Below are positions 1 to 9,547 of a stretch of 64,000 bases of DNA, piece after piece. The DNA is from an uncultured Anaerococcus sp. (GTDB taxonomy: Bacteria; Bacillota; Clostridia; Tissierellales; Peptoniphilaceae). The translations under genes were made by a program, and so were the position numbers. How positions within the stretch are numbered: position 1 is the stretch's first letter; each line of letters begins with the position of its first letter. The stretch lies in the NCBI RefSeq assembly GCF_937934665.1, contig NZ_CALGYW010000064.1:25256-89255 (forward strand), written 5' to 3'. The notes below the pieces were generated by a model. It had not been told where the DNA came from and made no database searches. It saw only the letters and a program-made list of their open reading frames with translations.

Positions 1-223
1 ATTTACAATCGAGCCAATGATTGCTTTAGGCGATTGGCATATGAAACTTGATGATAATGGCTGGACAGCAAGGACTGTAGATGGGTCAAAAGTTAGCCAA
101 TTTGAGCACCAACTTATAATCCACGAAGATGGTCCAGAAATAATAACAGATCAAGCAAAATATAAGCTAAGCGAAGATGACATAAAATTCATTAAAAAAT
201 ATAAAGAAAAATATAATTTTTAA
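1..223 (+). CDS. map: Type I methionine aminopeptidase, C-terminal part (truncated by window edge)
   Basis: Reads FTIEPMI...GWTARTVDGSKVSQFEHQL, the typical MetAP C-terminal motifs (TIEPM, GWT, QFEH). Confidence 0.9.
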   Translation, partial: FTIEPMIALGDWHMKLDDNGWTARTVDGSKVSQFEHQLIIHEDGPEIITDQAKYKLSEDDIKFIKKYKEKYNF

Positions 224-230
224 TTAGCTA

Positions 231-261
231 TTGAAATTAGGCTTTGGTGGAGTATTATAAT
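231..261 (+). promoter_or_regulatory. Putative sigma-A promoter of the PTS operon
   Basis: TTGAAA at 231-236 and TATTAT/TATAAT at 253-261, about 10 nt before the RAT. Confidence 0.55.
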
Positions 262-270
262 TATAGATAT

Positions 271-296
271 GGATTGTTAGGAAATTCCGCAAAACC
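271..296 (+). promoter_or_regulatory. RAT (ribonucleic antiterminator) for a BglG/LicT-family protein
   Basis: GGATTGTTA-GGAAATTCC-GCAAAACC matches the RAT consensus GGATTGTTA...GCAAAACC and overlaps the 5' arm of a terminator. Confidence 0.85.
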
Positions 297-327
297 TATC
301 CCAAGCATTTTTTGGGATAGGTTTTTT
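291..327 (+). terminator. Regulated intrinsic terminator overlapping the RAT
   Basis: AAAACCTATCCCAA / TTGGGATAGGTTTT perfect stem followed by a T-tract. Confidence 0.9.
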
Positions 328-349
328 CATTTTTAAGGTGGTGGTATAA

Positions 350-1210
350 ATTTTAGTTAGAAAAGTACTCAATAATAATTCTATAATATCTGAAGATGCT
401 TTCGAAAAAGAAGTAATCGTTATGGGTAAGGGCGTTGGCTTTAGTAAAAAAGTTGGAGATAAGATTGACGATAGTAAAATTCAAAAGATTTTTGTTCTAG
501 AAGGTAATAAGAAAAACAATCAACTTGTTAAACTTTTAGAGGATATACCTGAAGAATATTTTGAATTGTCTCAGATGATTATAAATAGAGCTAGTCAAAG
601 ACTTGGGAAAGATTTGGCAGATAGTATCTATTTGTCATTAACAGACCATTTGTATATGGCTATAGCTAGATACAAGGATGGTCTTCATTTGAAAAATAAG
701 CTTTTGTTCGAAATAGAAAACTTTTACCCTGATGAATACAGTCTTGGTCTTGAAGCTTTGAATATTATAGAATCGTTGTTTTCTGTAAAGATGTCGGAAG
801 ATGAAGCTGGCTTTATAGCTATGCACATAGTTGTATCTGAAAATGGTGATGATATAGAAGATTTCTATAAGTCAACAAAGTTGGTTCAAAATATTTTAAA
901 TATTGTAAAATTCTTTTTCAAAGTTAATTATAATGTTGAAAGTTTTTATTACCAAAGGTTTTTAAGGCATCTTAGGTTTTTCAGCTTGAGGATTTTATCA
1001 GATGATAAACATAAAAAATTATCATTAAAAAATGATTTGCTACCATTGATTAAAGATAGGTATATTGAGGCTTATCAATGTACTATAAAAATAAAAGACT
1101 TTGTATATAATTCTTTTGATTATGTATTAGATGATGAGGAAGTTTTGTATTTAACAATTCATATATCACAAGTAATAAGCGATATAAAGGAGGAAAAAGA
1201 GGGGAAATAA
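350..1210 (+). CDS. BglG/LicT-family transcriptional antiterminator (CAT RNA-binding domain plus 2 PRDs); start probably ATT at 350 (ORF track gives 422)
   Basis: In-frame upstream extension ILVRKVLNNNSIISED..KEVIVMGKGVGF is the CAT domain; PRD His motifs LTDHL, IAMHI, FLRHL, LTIHI. Confidence 0.9.
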   Translation: MLVRKVLNNNSIISEDAFEKEVIVMGKGVGFSKKVGDKIDDSKIQKIFVLEGNKKNNQLVKLLEDIPEEYFELSQMIINRASQRLGKDLADSIYLSLTDHLYMAIARYKDGLHLKNKLLFEIENFYPDEYSLGLEALNIIESLFSVKMSEDEAGFIAMHIVVSENGDDIEDFYKSTKLVQNILNIVKFFFKVNYNVESFYYQRFLRHLRFFSLRILSDDKHKKLSLKNDLLPLIKDRYIEAYQCTIKIKDFVYNSFDYVLDDEEVLYLTIHISQVISDIKEEKEGK

Positions 1211-1275
1211 AGATCTAGTTAGGTAGTTACATTAAGTTGGCTAAACTTTCAATTATAAAAAAATTGGAGGTAAAT

Positions 1276-3132
1276 ATGAAATACGAAAAATTAGCAAAAA
1301 ATATTATAGAATATGTTGGTGGAAAAGAAAATATTAGGTCTGTAGTCCATTGTTCTACGAGACTTAGGTTTGAGTTGGTGGATGAAGCAAAGGCTAATGA
1401 TGCAAAAGTTCAGGCCTTAAATGAAGTTTTAACTCTTGTTAAAAAATCAGGTCAATATCAATTAGTTATAGGAAATGATGTTGACAAGGTGTATCAAGAA
1501 ATAGCAAATAATTTAAATATTAAGGCAGCAAAAGATACAGCAACAAAGGATGATAGGTCCCTTGTAGATAAAGTATTAAGTGCTATTACAGGATCTATTG
1601 CTCCAGTAATTCCATTATTAGCTGGTGTTGGTATAGGTAAAGTTCTTCTTTTAGTCTTAAGTTTAAGTGGAATTCTGGCTGAAGATTCCCAAACCTATAT
1701 CATGCTCAAATTTATATTTGACACAGGTTTTTATTTTATGCCGGCCTTTATTGGGTTTTCAGCTGCTAAAAGATTCAATACGAACCAATACCTTGGTGCT
1801 TTTCTTGGTTTGTGCTTGGTAAATCCTGTTTGGATGGATATTGTTAAGGAAGGAGAAGTATTTAAGTTTTTAGGAATTAGCGTTCCTTTAGTTAAATACA
1901 CATCAAGCTTAGTACCTGCTCTTATGGGTGTCTGGATAATGTCATATGTAGAGAAATATGTCAAAAAAATTGTTCCAGATATGGTTAAAGTATTTGCTGA
2001 ACCATTACTAATAGCATTAATTATGATGCCTTTAACATTTGTAGTAATTGCTCCAATAGGAAACTTTATTTCATCCTTTGTCGCTAAGGGTTCAATGTTT
2101 TTATATGATAAGGTAGGAATGTTTGCAATAGCAATATTAGCTGCCGTATATCCATGGCTAGTATCTGTAGGAGTCCACAAGGCCTTAAGCCCAATTTCTA
2201 TAACCCTTGTTGCAGAACAAGGATTCGATCCAGTTATAAGAGTAGTTGCACTTTGTTCAAATATGAGTCAAGCCGCTGCTTCCTTAGCAGTATCTGTAAA
2301 GACCAAAAATAAAAGTCTTAAATCACTGGCTTTTTCATCATCTGTTACAGCATTTCTTGGTGGTATTACAGAGCCAGCTATGTATGGTGTTAATTTAAAA
2401 CTAAAAAAACCAATGTATGCTGCAATGATAGGAGCTTTTGTAGCAGGTATTTTTGCAGGTCTTGTAAAACTTAAAGCATTTATATATGTAACGCCAGGTA
2501 TCCTATCCCTAGCAATGTGGGTATCAAAAGAAGAAAATTTCTTTTTAATGGCTATTTTAACCATGATAATAGCATCAGTTGTAACATTCATTGCTACATT
2601 AATTATTGGCTTTGATGATTCTGATTTTGCTGATGAAGAAAATAAAGATAAAGAAAAAAGTTCAATCATTGAGCCAAAAGATGTAGTACTTTATTCTCCT
2701 TGCGAAGGAACAGTTAAAAATATTGAAGATGTTGATGATAGCACTTTTTCAAGCAAGGTAATGGGGGATGGACTTGCTATTAAACCTAGTAAGGGTCTCC
2801 TAAAGTCCCCAGAAAACGCAGAAGTAACAGCAATATTTGATTCAGGACACGCCATATGTTTAAAATGTGATAATGGCATGGAAGTTTTGATTCACATAGG
2901 TATCGACACTGTAAACCTTAAAGGAGAAGGATTTAAAGTCTTAGTTGAGCAAGGGTCAAAGGTTAAAAAAGGTGATGATTTAATTAGGTTTGATATAGAA
3001 ACTATAAATAATGCTGGCTATGATGATGATGTAATAATAGTCGTAACTAATTCCGATTTTTATAAAAAATTTGAAATCGAGAAAAATAGAAAAGTTAATT
3101 TTGAAGATGTTTTGTTGGGAGTTGAAAAATGA
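1276..3132 (+). CDS. PTS beta-glucoside-family transporter EIIBCA
   Basis: EIIB VHCSTRLRF, EIIC GITEPAMYGV, EIIA HIGIDTV; GGAGG SD before ATG 1276. Confidence 0.92.
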   Translation: MKYEKLAKNIIEYVGGKENIRSVVHCSTRLRFELVDEAKANDAKVQALNEVLTLVKKSGQYQLVIGNDVDKVYQEIANNLNIKAAKDTATKDDRSLVDKVLSAITGSIAPVIPLLAGVGIGKVLLLVLSLSGILAEDSQTYIMLKFIFDTGFYFMPAFIGFSAAKRFNTNQYLGAFLGLCLVNPVWMDIVKEGEVFKFLGISVPLVKYTSSLVPALMGVWIMSYVEKYVKKIVPDMVKVFAEPLLIALIMMPLTFVVIAPIGNFISSFVAKGSMFLYDKVGMFAIAILAAVYPWLVSVGVHKALSPISITLVAEQGFDPVIRVVALCSNMSQAAASLAVSVKTKNKSLKSLAFSSSVTAFLGGITEPAMYGVNLKLKKPMYAAMIGAFVAGIFAGLVKLKAFIYVTPGILSLAMWVSKEENFFLMAILTMIIASVVTFIATLIIGFDDSDFADEENKDKEKSSIIEPKDVVLYSPCEGTVKNIEDVDDSTFSSKVMGDGLAIKPSKGLLKSPENAEVTAIFDSGHAICLKCDNGMEVLIHIGIDTVNLKGEGFKVLVEQGSKVKKGDDLIRFDIETINNAGYDDDVIIVVTNSDFYKKFEIEKNRKVNFEDVLLGVEK

Positions 3133-3968
3133 AATACGCAGATTTGCATATGCATACAAATCATTCTGATGGTGTATGTGATATAGAAGATGTTATAAAA
3201 GATGCTAAAGACCATGGTTTAAAAGTGATTGCTATAACCGACCACGATACTGTAAATCATTATGATGAGATTTACAAATACGGAAAAAAACATGACATAA
3301 AAATTATAAAGGGTGTAGAGATGAGCTGCTACGATTTTGATGTTTATAAAAAAGTGCATGTGGTTGGTCTTTGGCTAAATGATGAAACTCCAAATATAGA
3401 AAGGCTCTGTAATCATACCTTATACTGTAGAAATGAATACCATAAGGAACTTATAGAAAAGCTTAGGAAACAAGGCTATGATATAAGTTACCAAGACGCT
3501 AAGAAATTTTCTCCTTATTCTATAGTTTTTAAGATGAATATTTTCCAAGCCTTGAAAGAAAAATATCCTGAAGAAATGACTCCACAGAGGTATAAAGAAT
3601 TATTTGCATCAAAAACTAGCAAAGAAACAGATATGAAAATGGGTTATATTGATGTAAAAGAAGGCATAGAAGCTATTTTGAAAGATGGAGGAATCCCTAT
3701 AATAGCCCATCCATGTCAATACCGTAATTACTCTGAAATTGAGAAGTATGTTTCTTATGGACTTAAAGGTATAGAAATTAATCATTCCAAAATGAAGGCC
3801 GAGGATTACCCTCTAACTCAAGAATTTGCCAAAAAATTCAATTTATTAAAGAGCGGGGGAAGTGACTACCATAATCCTGAATTAATTACATTCGGTGAAT
3901 TTGGATTAACAAAAGAAGAGTTTGAAGAACTTGAAAAGAAGGCTCTTGATTTTAAGAATAATAAATAA
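3129..3968 (+). CDS. PHP-domain metal-dependent phosphoesterase
   Basis: DLHMHTNHSDG, AITDHD, GVEMS, IAHP and GGSDYH motifs; ATGA overlap with the PTS gene. Confidence 0.9.
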   Translation: MKYADLHMHTNHSDGVCDIEDVIKDAKDHGLKVIAITDHDTVNHYDEIYKYGKKHDIKIIKGVEMSCYDFDVYKKVHVVGLWLNDETPNIERLCNHTLYCRNEYHKELIEKLRKQGYDISYQDAKKFSPYSIVFKMNIFQALKEKYPEEMTPQRYKELFASKTSKETDMKMGYIDVKEGIEAILKDGGIPIIAHPCQYRNYSEIEKYVSYGLKGIEINHSKMKAEDYPLTQEFAKKFNLLKSGGSDYHNPELITFGEFGLTKEEFEELEKKALDFKNNK

Positions 3969-3977
3969 TTAGATAAG

Positions 3978-4020
3978 AAAGTCCTAGCTGATTTTTATAA
4001 AAATAGCTAGGACTTTTTTT
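3978..4020. terminator. Bidirectional intrinsic terminator
   Basis: AAAGTCCTAGCT...AGCTAGGACTTT between convergent genes. Confidence 0.85.
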
Positions 4021-4630
4021 ATTTGATTTCTTCGATAGAAATTTGGTTTTTAGTTTTTTCTCTTTCGCTCATTTTTTCATTATAACAAGCCCTGCATAAA
4101 GGTTCGTAAACATCCTCTGAACCTATTTGTATTCTTGAGTCTTCACTAGATTTCCTGTAAGAAGCCCAGGCGTCTTCGCCGCAAGAGGCACAGATGGCAT
4201 GGTGCTTGATTAATTCATCTGCCAGGGGCATTATTTCTTTGATAATTTCAAAGGGTCTTGTTTTATAATCCATATCAAGGCCTGATACGACTATAGTGAT
4301 ATTTTTTGCCATTAGCTTGTTAAATATATCAACTACTTCAGTAGGATCGTTGGGAAAAAACTGAAGTTCGTCTATACCTATGGCATCTACTTCATTTTCC
4401 CTAACGTAATCTAGTATTTCATTTAAATTAGAAACTTTTTTTGCATCAAGGGATAGATTGTCGTGGGAAACTATTTTTTTGTCACTATCCCTATTATCAA
4501 CTGATGGTTTAAAAGCGACGGTTTTATAGTTGGCAATTGTCATCCTATAAAGCTCTCTCCATAGGGAGGTGGTTTTACCGGAAAACATTGATCCCGTATG
4601 GACTATAAGTTTACCTTGTCTTTTGATCAT
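4019..4630 (-). CDS. tdk: Thymidine kinase
   Basis: GSMFSGKTT, IDELQFF, GLDMDY, Zn-binding CASC...CRAC; start taken at MIKRQG. Confidence 0.95.
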   Translation of the reverse strand: MIKRQGKLIVHTGSMFSGKTTSLWRELYRMTIANYKTVAFKPSVDNRDSDKKIVSHDNLSLDAKKVSNLNEILDYVRENEVDAIGIDELQFFPNDPTEVVDIFNKLMAKNITIVVSGLDMDYKTRPFEIIKEIMPLADELIKHHAICASCGEDAWASYRKSSEDSRIQIGSEDVYEPLCRACYNEKMSEREKTKNQISIEEIK

Positions 4631-4634
4631 TTTT

Positions 4635-5741
4635 TTAAACATTAAATTTAAACTCAACTACATCGCCATCTTGCATGATGTAGTCTTTACCTTCCATGCG
4701 GAGTTTGCCAGCTTCTTTAGCCTTAGCTTCACTACCGGCCTCTAGCAGATCATCATAGGATACTATATCTGCCATGATAAAGCCACGAGCTATATCTGAG
4801 TGAATTTTGCCTGCTGCATCTTGAGCTCGGGTACCCTTGGTTATTGTCCAAGCTCGGGTTTCAATTTCTCCTGTTGTTAAGAAGGAAATGAGGTTGAGGG
4901 TTTTATAAGAATCTCTTATTACCCTGTCTGTACCAGATTCACTTAGGCCAATCATTTCTAAAAATTCAGCTCTTTCTTCTTCTGTTTCAAGCTCTGATAT
5001 TTCTTGCTCAATTTTAGCTGATACAACAGAAACTTCTGCACCTTCTTTTTTGGCAAAGTCTCTTACCATGTCTACATATTTGTTACTAGCACCATTATCG
5101 GCTGCATCTTCTTCGTTGACGTTGCATACATAGATAATTGGTTTAGTTGATAGTAGTTGGTAGCTTCTTAAGAGTTTTTTCTCTTCATCATTTAAATCAA
5201 GAATTCTGGCTGATTTACCTTCTTCAAGGACAGCTATTATTTTTTCTAAAACTTCTACTTCAGCTCTAGCACTTTTATCAGCCCTAGCAACCTTTCTTTT
5301 CTTTTCAAGCACCTTATCTACAAGTTCAAGGTCTGACAAAATAAGTTCTAGGTTGATTGTTTCAATATCTCTTAATGGATCTACTGAACCATCAACGTGG
5401 GTTACATTAGGATCATCAAAGCATCTTAGTACTTCTACTATAGCATCTGTTTCCCTGATATTTGATAGGAACTTATTTCCAAGTCCTTCGCCCTTGCTTG
5501 CTCCTTTTACAAGGCCTGCTATATCGTAAAATTCAACGACTGCTGGGACTATTTTTTTGCTATTACTCATTTTTGCAAGTACATTTAGTCTGTTGTCAGG
5601 TACATTTACCAGACCCACATTTGGATCTATGGTTGCAAATGGATAGTTTGCAATAAGGGCACCTGCTTTAGTTATGGCATTAAATAATGTTGACTTGCCA
5701 ACATTAGGTAGGCCTACTATTCCTAGTTTCATCTTATTCAC
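4635..5741 (-). CDS. ychF: Redox-regulated ATPase YchF (Obg family)
   Basis: GIVGLPNVGKSTLFN, NYPFATIDPN, DIAGLVKGAS, TGS C-terminus. Confidence 0.97.
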   Translation of the reverse strand: MNKMKLGIVGLPNVGKSTLFNAITKAGALIANYPFATIDPNVGLVNVPDNRLNVLAKMSNSKKIVPAVVEFYDIAGLVKGASKGEGLGNKFLSNIRETDAIVEVLRCFDDPNVTHVDGSVDPLRDIETINLELILSDLELVDKVLEKKRKVARADKSARAEVEVLEKIIAVLEEGKSARILDLNDEEKKLLRSYQLLSTKPIIYVCNVNEEDAADNGASNKYVDMVRDFAKKEGAEVSVVSAKIEQEISELETEEERAEFLEMIGLSESGTDRVIRDSYKTLNLISFLTTGEIETRAWTITKGTRAQDAAGKIHSDIARGFIMADIVSYDDLLEAGSEAKAKEAGKLRMEGKDYIMQDGDVVEFKFNV

Positions 5742-5928
5742 ACTCTCTCTTTTTTTATTTTTATAACGATTATATTATAATGGATTTGGAGAAAAAATCA
5801 ATCATTTAGCTTCTTATAAAAGATTTTAAGTCTGGTATAATGGAAGATAGAAATAATATCAAAGTAGGATAAAATATTATTATAGACTTAGGCAAGCTTT
5901 TGCCTAATAGAATTAAGAGGAGACAGGG

Positions 5929-7698
5929 ATGAATATAAATAATAGATTAGAACAATTGAGATCTTTAATGAGAGATAGAAAAATTGATGCTTATATAGTT
6001 AGAACTTCTGACCCTCACCAATCAGAATACCTATCTGATTATTACAAAACTAGGGAATTTATTTCTGGTTTTACAGGTTCTGCTGGAACTGCAGTTATTA
6101 CACTTAAAGAAGCAAGGATTTGGACGGATTCTAGGTATTTCTTACAAGCTCAAAAAGAGCTTGCCGCTTCTGAGTTTGAACTAATGAAGATGGGAGTTGA
6201 AGGTTATCCAACAGTATTAGAATACTTGGATGAAAATATAGCTGAATTTGGAAAAATCGGTTTTGATGGTGAATGCTATTCAGTAACAGCTTATAAGGAT
6301 TTATCTGAAAATATGGGGTCTAGGGTTTTGGTATCAGACCTTGACTATATTTCTAAAATCTGGACTGATAGACCTAGTCTACCAAAGGATAAGGTTTGGA
6401 TTCATGATGATAAGTTTAGCGGGCTAACCCTTAAGGATAAGATTGGTATTCTAAGAGAAAAAATGCTTGATAATAATTGTGATTATACTTTTATAGGAGC
6501 ACCAGAAGATATCTGCTACCTACTAAATATCAGGGGCAATGATGTAGACTATAATCCGGTAGTGCTTTCTTATATGCTTGTTTCTAACGAGAAAATAAGT
6601 CTATGTATAGATAATGACAAACTTGATGGAAATGTGCGTGAATACCTAGAGGAAAATGGGGTTAGCATCTATTCTTACGAACATATTTACACCTTACTTA
6701 AAAATATCCCAGGTAAAAATAGTATTTACTTAGACCCATCTAGGACAAATGTGGCTATATATGATGCCATAAATTCAAATGTTAAAATAAGCCAAGGCAT
6801 AAATCTATCAACTTATATGAAGGCTATAAAAACTGATAGCGAGTTAGAAAATATCAAAAAAGCCTATATTCTAGATGGGGTAAGTCTAGTGAAATTCTTT
6901 AACTGGCTAGAAGTTGGAGCTAGGACTGGCTCATTGAATGAACTAGCTGCATCTAATAAGCTCCATGATTTAAGATGTGAAAATGAAAGTTTTATAGAAG
7001 ATTCTTTTGAAACTATAGCAGGTTATAAGGAAAATGCAGCAATAGTCCACTATGCACCTTCAAAAACTGGTTCTAAGACCATAAGAGATGAGGGCATGAT
7101 CTTAGTAGACTCTGGTGGCCACTACAAGGAAGGAACTACAGATATAACAAGGACCCTTGCCTTAGGTAGTCTTAGGGAAGACGAAAAAACTGACTATACT
7201 TTAGTTTTAAAATCATTCTTAAGTTTATTCTTAGCTAGGTTTAAAAATAAAACTAAGGGGTCAAGGTTAGATGCGATAGCCAAATACCCACTATGGAAGG
7301 CAGGGAAAGACTTCTTCCACGGTACAGGTCACGGTGTAGGTTTTGTTCTTACTGTTCATGAAGGACCACAGGCTATTTCTGAAAGAAATGAAGAAGAGTT
7401 TGTAGAAAATATGACTACCTCAATAGAACCAGGTCTTTATATAGAAAATAGCCACGGTATTAGACTTGAAAATGAAGCCTATGTTACAAAGGCCTTTGAT
7501 AATGAATTTGGTCATTTTTTAAAATTTGAAAGTCTAACCTATGTTCCACTTGATACTAGACCAATAAAAACAGAAATGCTAAGTACAGAAGAAATAGACT
7601 GGATTAATGCTTATAATAGAAAATGCTATGAACTTCTAAGTCCGCACCTTGAGGGTCACGATTTAGAATATTTGAAAGAGAGATGTAAGGAAATTTGA
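5929..7698 (+). CDS. Xaa-Pro aminopeptidase (aminopeptidase P, M24B)
   Basis: DPHQSEY, SGFTGSAG, DSGGHY, GTTDITRT, HGTGHGVG, VHEGPQ, IEPG. Confidence 0.93.
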   Translation: MNINNRLEQLRSLMRDRKIDAYIVRTSDPHQSEYLSDYYKTREFISGFTGSAGTAVITLKEARIWTDSRYFLQAQKELAASEFELMKMGVEGYPTVLEYLDENIAEFGKIGFDGECYSVTAYKDLSENMGSRVLVSDLDYISKIWTDRPSLPKDKVWIHDDKFSGLTLKDKIGILREKMLDNNCDYTFIGAPEDICYLLNIRGNDVDYNPVVLSYMLVSNEKISLCIDNDKLDGNVREYLEENGVSIYSYEHIYTLLKNIPGKNSIYLDPSRTNVAIYDAINSNVKISQGINLSTYMKAIKTDSELENIKKAYILDGVSLVKFFNWLEVGARTGSLNELAASNKLHDLRCENESFIEDSFETIAGYKENAAIVHYAPSKTGSKTIRDEGMILVDSGGHYKEGTTDITRTLALGSLREDEKTDYTLVLKSFLSLFLARFKNKTKGSRLDAIAKYPLWKAGKDFFHGTGHGVGFVLTVHEGPQAISERNEEEFVENMTTSIEPGLYIENSHGIRLENEAYVTKAFDNEFGHFLKFESLTYVPLDTRPIKTEMLSTEEIDWINAYNRKCYELLSPHLEGHDLEYLKERCKEI

Positions 7699-9545
7699 GT
7701 TGTAAAGAGCTTAAAGAAAAATTAAAAGACCTACCAGCCAAACCTGGGGTCTATATTATGAGAAATTCTGAAGGAAAGATAATCTACGTCGGCAAGGCGA
7801 TTTCTCTAAAAAATAGGGTTAGACAATATTTTGATAATAATAAAAATAAGGGAGCTAAGGTTTTAGCTATGGTTAGCCATATTGCTGATTTTGAATATAT
7901 AATAGTTCAAAATGAAGTAGAAGCCTTGGTTCTTGAGTCAAACCTAATTAAGAAAAATAGACCCAAGTACAATATCGTTTTAAGGGATGACAAACAATAT
8001 CCCTATATAAAAATCAATAAAGAAAAATTTCCAAGAATACAAAAAGTAAGGCAGGTCCACAAGGACGGGGCAGATTATTTTGGCCCCTATCCAGATGCCT
8101 ATGCTGTAAATGATGCGATTGATCTTTTTCATGATTATTATCCCTTTAGGACCTGCAACCTAAATTTCGACAAGGGACAAAGTCTAGAAAGACCCTGCTT
8201 AAATTATTTTATAAAAAAGTGCAAGGGTCCCTGTATAGGTGCAGAAGATGAAGAAAGATACCTAAGATATATGGATGATGTCAGAAAATTTCTTGATAAG
8301 AAGGATATGACCATTCCTAATAAGGTCTTAGAGAAAATGAACGAAGAAAGTAAGAAGCTTAATTTTGAGATGGCTGCTAAGTATAGGGATTATTATAGAG
8401 CCCTATCTATTATCTCTGAAAGACAATATGTTACTGAGACTACAGGCGAGGATGTGGATATAATTGCCATTAACAAGGGGATATCTATTATAGTTGCCCA
8501 GGTATTTTTTATGCGTAAGGGTCATATTGTAGATAGGGAGCATTTTATTATCAAAAATGACTTCGCTGAGAAGGAAGACGAAATCATATCTTCCTTTATC
8601 AAACAGTTTTATTTGGACTTACTTTTTGTTCCAAAAGAAATTCTTGTCCAAACCATGCCAAGTGATCTTGAAACTATTTCTGATTACCTAAGTCAAAAAA
8701 AGGGTTCTAAGGTTACAATCCATGAGCCTAAGCTTGGCAAGAAATTTGAACTTGTTACGATGGCTGCAAGGAATGCCCACGATATGAGGGTTAAGTATGA
8801 AAAAAGAATCGATAAAAAAGAGAGAAATAAATCATCAGGCTTAACCCAACTAAAAGAAGTCTTAAATCTAGAAAAAATAAATAGGATTGAGGCCTATGAT
8901 ATATCTAATACTTCTGGTGTGCAGTCTGTTGGATCCATGGTTGTTTTTGAAAATGGGATTTCAAGCCCTAAAGAATATAGGAAGTTTAAGATAAAGACAG
9001 TAGAAGGGCCAAATGACTACGCATCACTTAAGGAAGTTTTAACCCGTAGGTTTACAAATGCTAAAAAAGAAATTGCCAAGGGTAGTACCCATACTGGTTT
9101 TGGTAAACTTCCAGATTTAATCTTAATGGATGGTGGTAAGGGACAAGTAACTATTGCCAAGGAAGTTTTCAAGGAAATGGATATGGACATAGAAGTAGCA
9201 GGCCTAGTTAAAGATGATAAGCATACTACAAGGGGGATTATTTATAACAATGAGGAAATTCCAATAAAAAGAAAGGATCCAGTTTATAAACTAATCTACG
9301 AAATCCAAGAAGAAGCCCATAGGTTTGCCATAAATTATCATAGGTCACTAATGAGAAAGTCTATGAAAAAATCAGAACTTGATGAGATAAAGGGAGTAGG
9401 TAAAAAAACTAAGACCAACCTTTATAAGCATTTTAAGACTATAAATAATATGAAAAAAGCGAGCGTTGAAGAGCTTATGGAAGTGCCCTTGGTTGGCAAG
9501 GAAGCTGCCCTTGAAATATATAAGTATTTTAGGTTGAAAGGATAG
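7695..9545 (+). CDS. uvrC: Excinuclease ABC subunit C
   Basis: GIY-YIG (PGVYIM, YVGKA), EAYDISN, DGGKGQ, EAHRFA, HhH C-terminus. Confidence 0.97.
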   Translation: MSCKELKEKLKDLPAKPGVYIMRNSEGKIIYVGKAISLKNRVRQYFDNNKNKGAKVLAMVSHIADFEYIIVQNEVEALVLESNLIKKNRPKYNIVLRDDKQYPYIKINKEKFPRIQKVRQVHKDGADYFGPYPDAYAVNDAIDLFHDYYPFRTCNLNFDKGQSLERPCLNYFIKKCKGPCIGAEDEERYLRYMDDVRKFLDKKDMTIPNKVLEKMNEESKKLNFEMAAKYRDYYRALSIISERQYVTETTGEDVDIIAINKGISIIVAQVFFMRKGHIVDREHFIIKNDFAEKEDEIISSFIKQFYLDLLFVPKEILVQTMPSDLETISDYLSQKKGSKVTIHEPKLGKKFELVTMAARNAHDMRVKYEKRIDKKERNKSSGLTQLKEVLNLEKINRIEAYDISNTSGVQSVGSMVVFENGISSPKEYRKFKIKTVEGPNDYASLKEVLTRRFTNAKKEIAKGSTHTGFGKLPDLILMDGGKGQVTIAKEVFKEMDMDIEVAGLVKDDKHTTRGIIYNNEEIPIKRKDPVYKLIYEIQEEAHRFAINYHRSLMRKSMKKSELDEIKGVGKKTKTNLYKHFKTINNMKKASVEELMEVPLVGKEAALEIYKYFRLKG

Positions 9546-9547
9546 GT

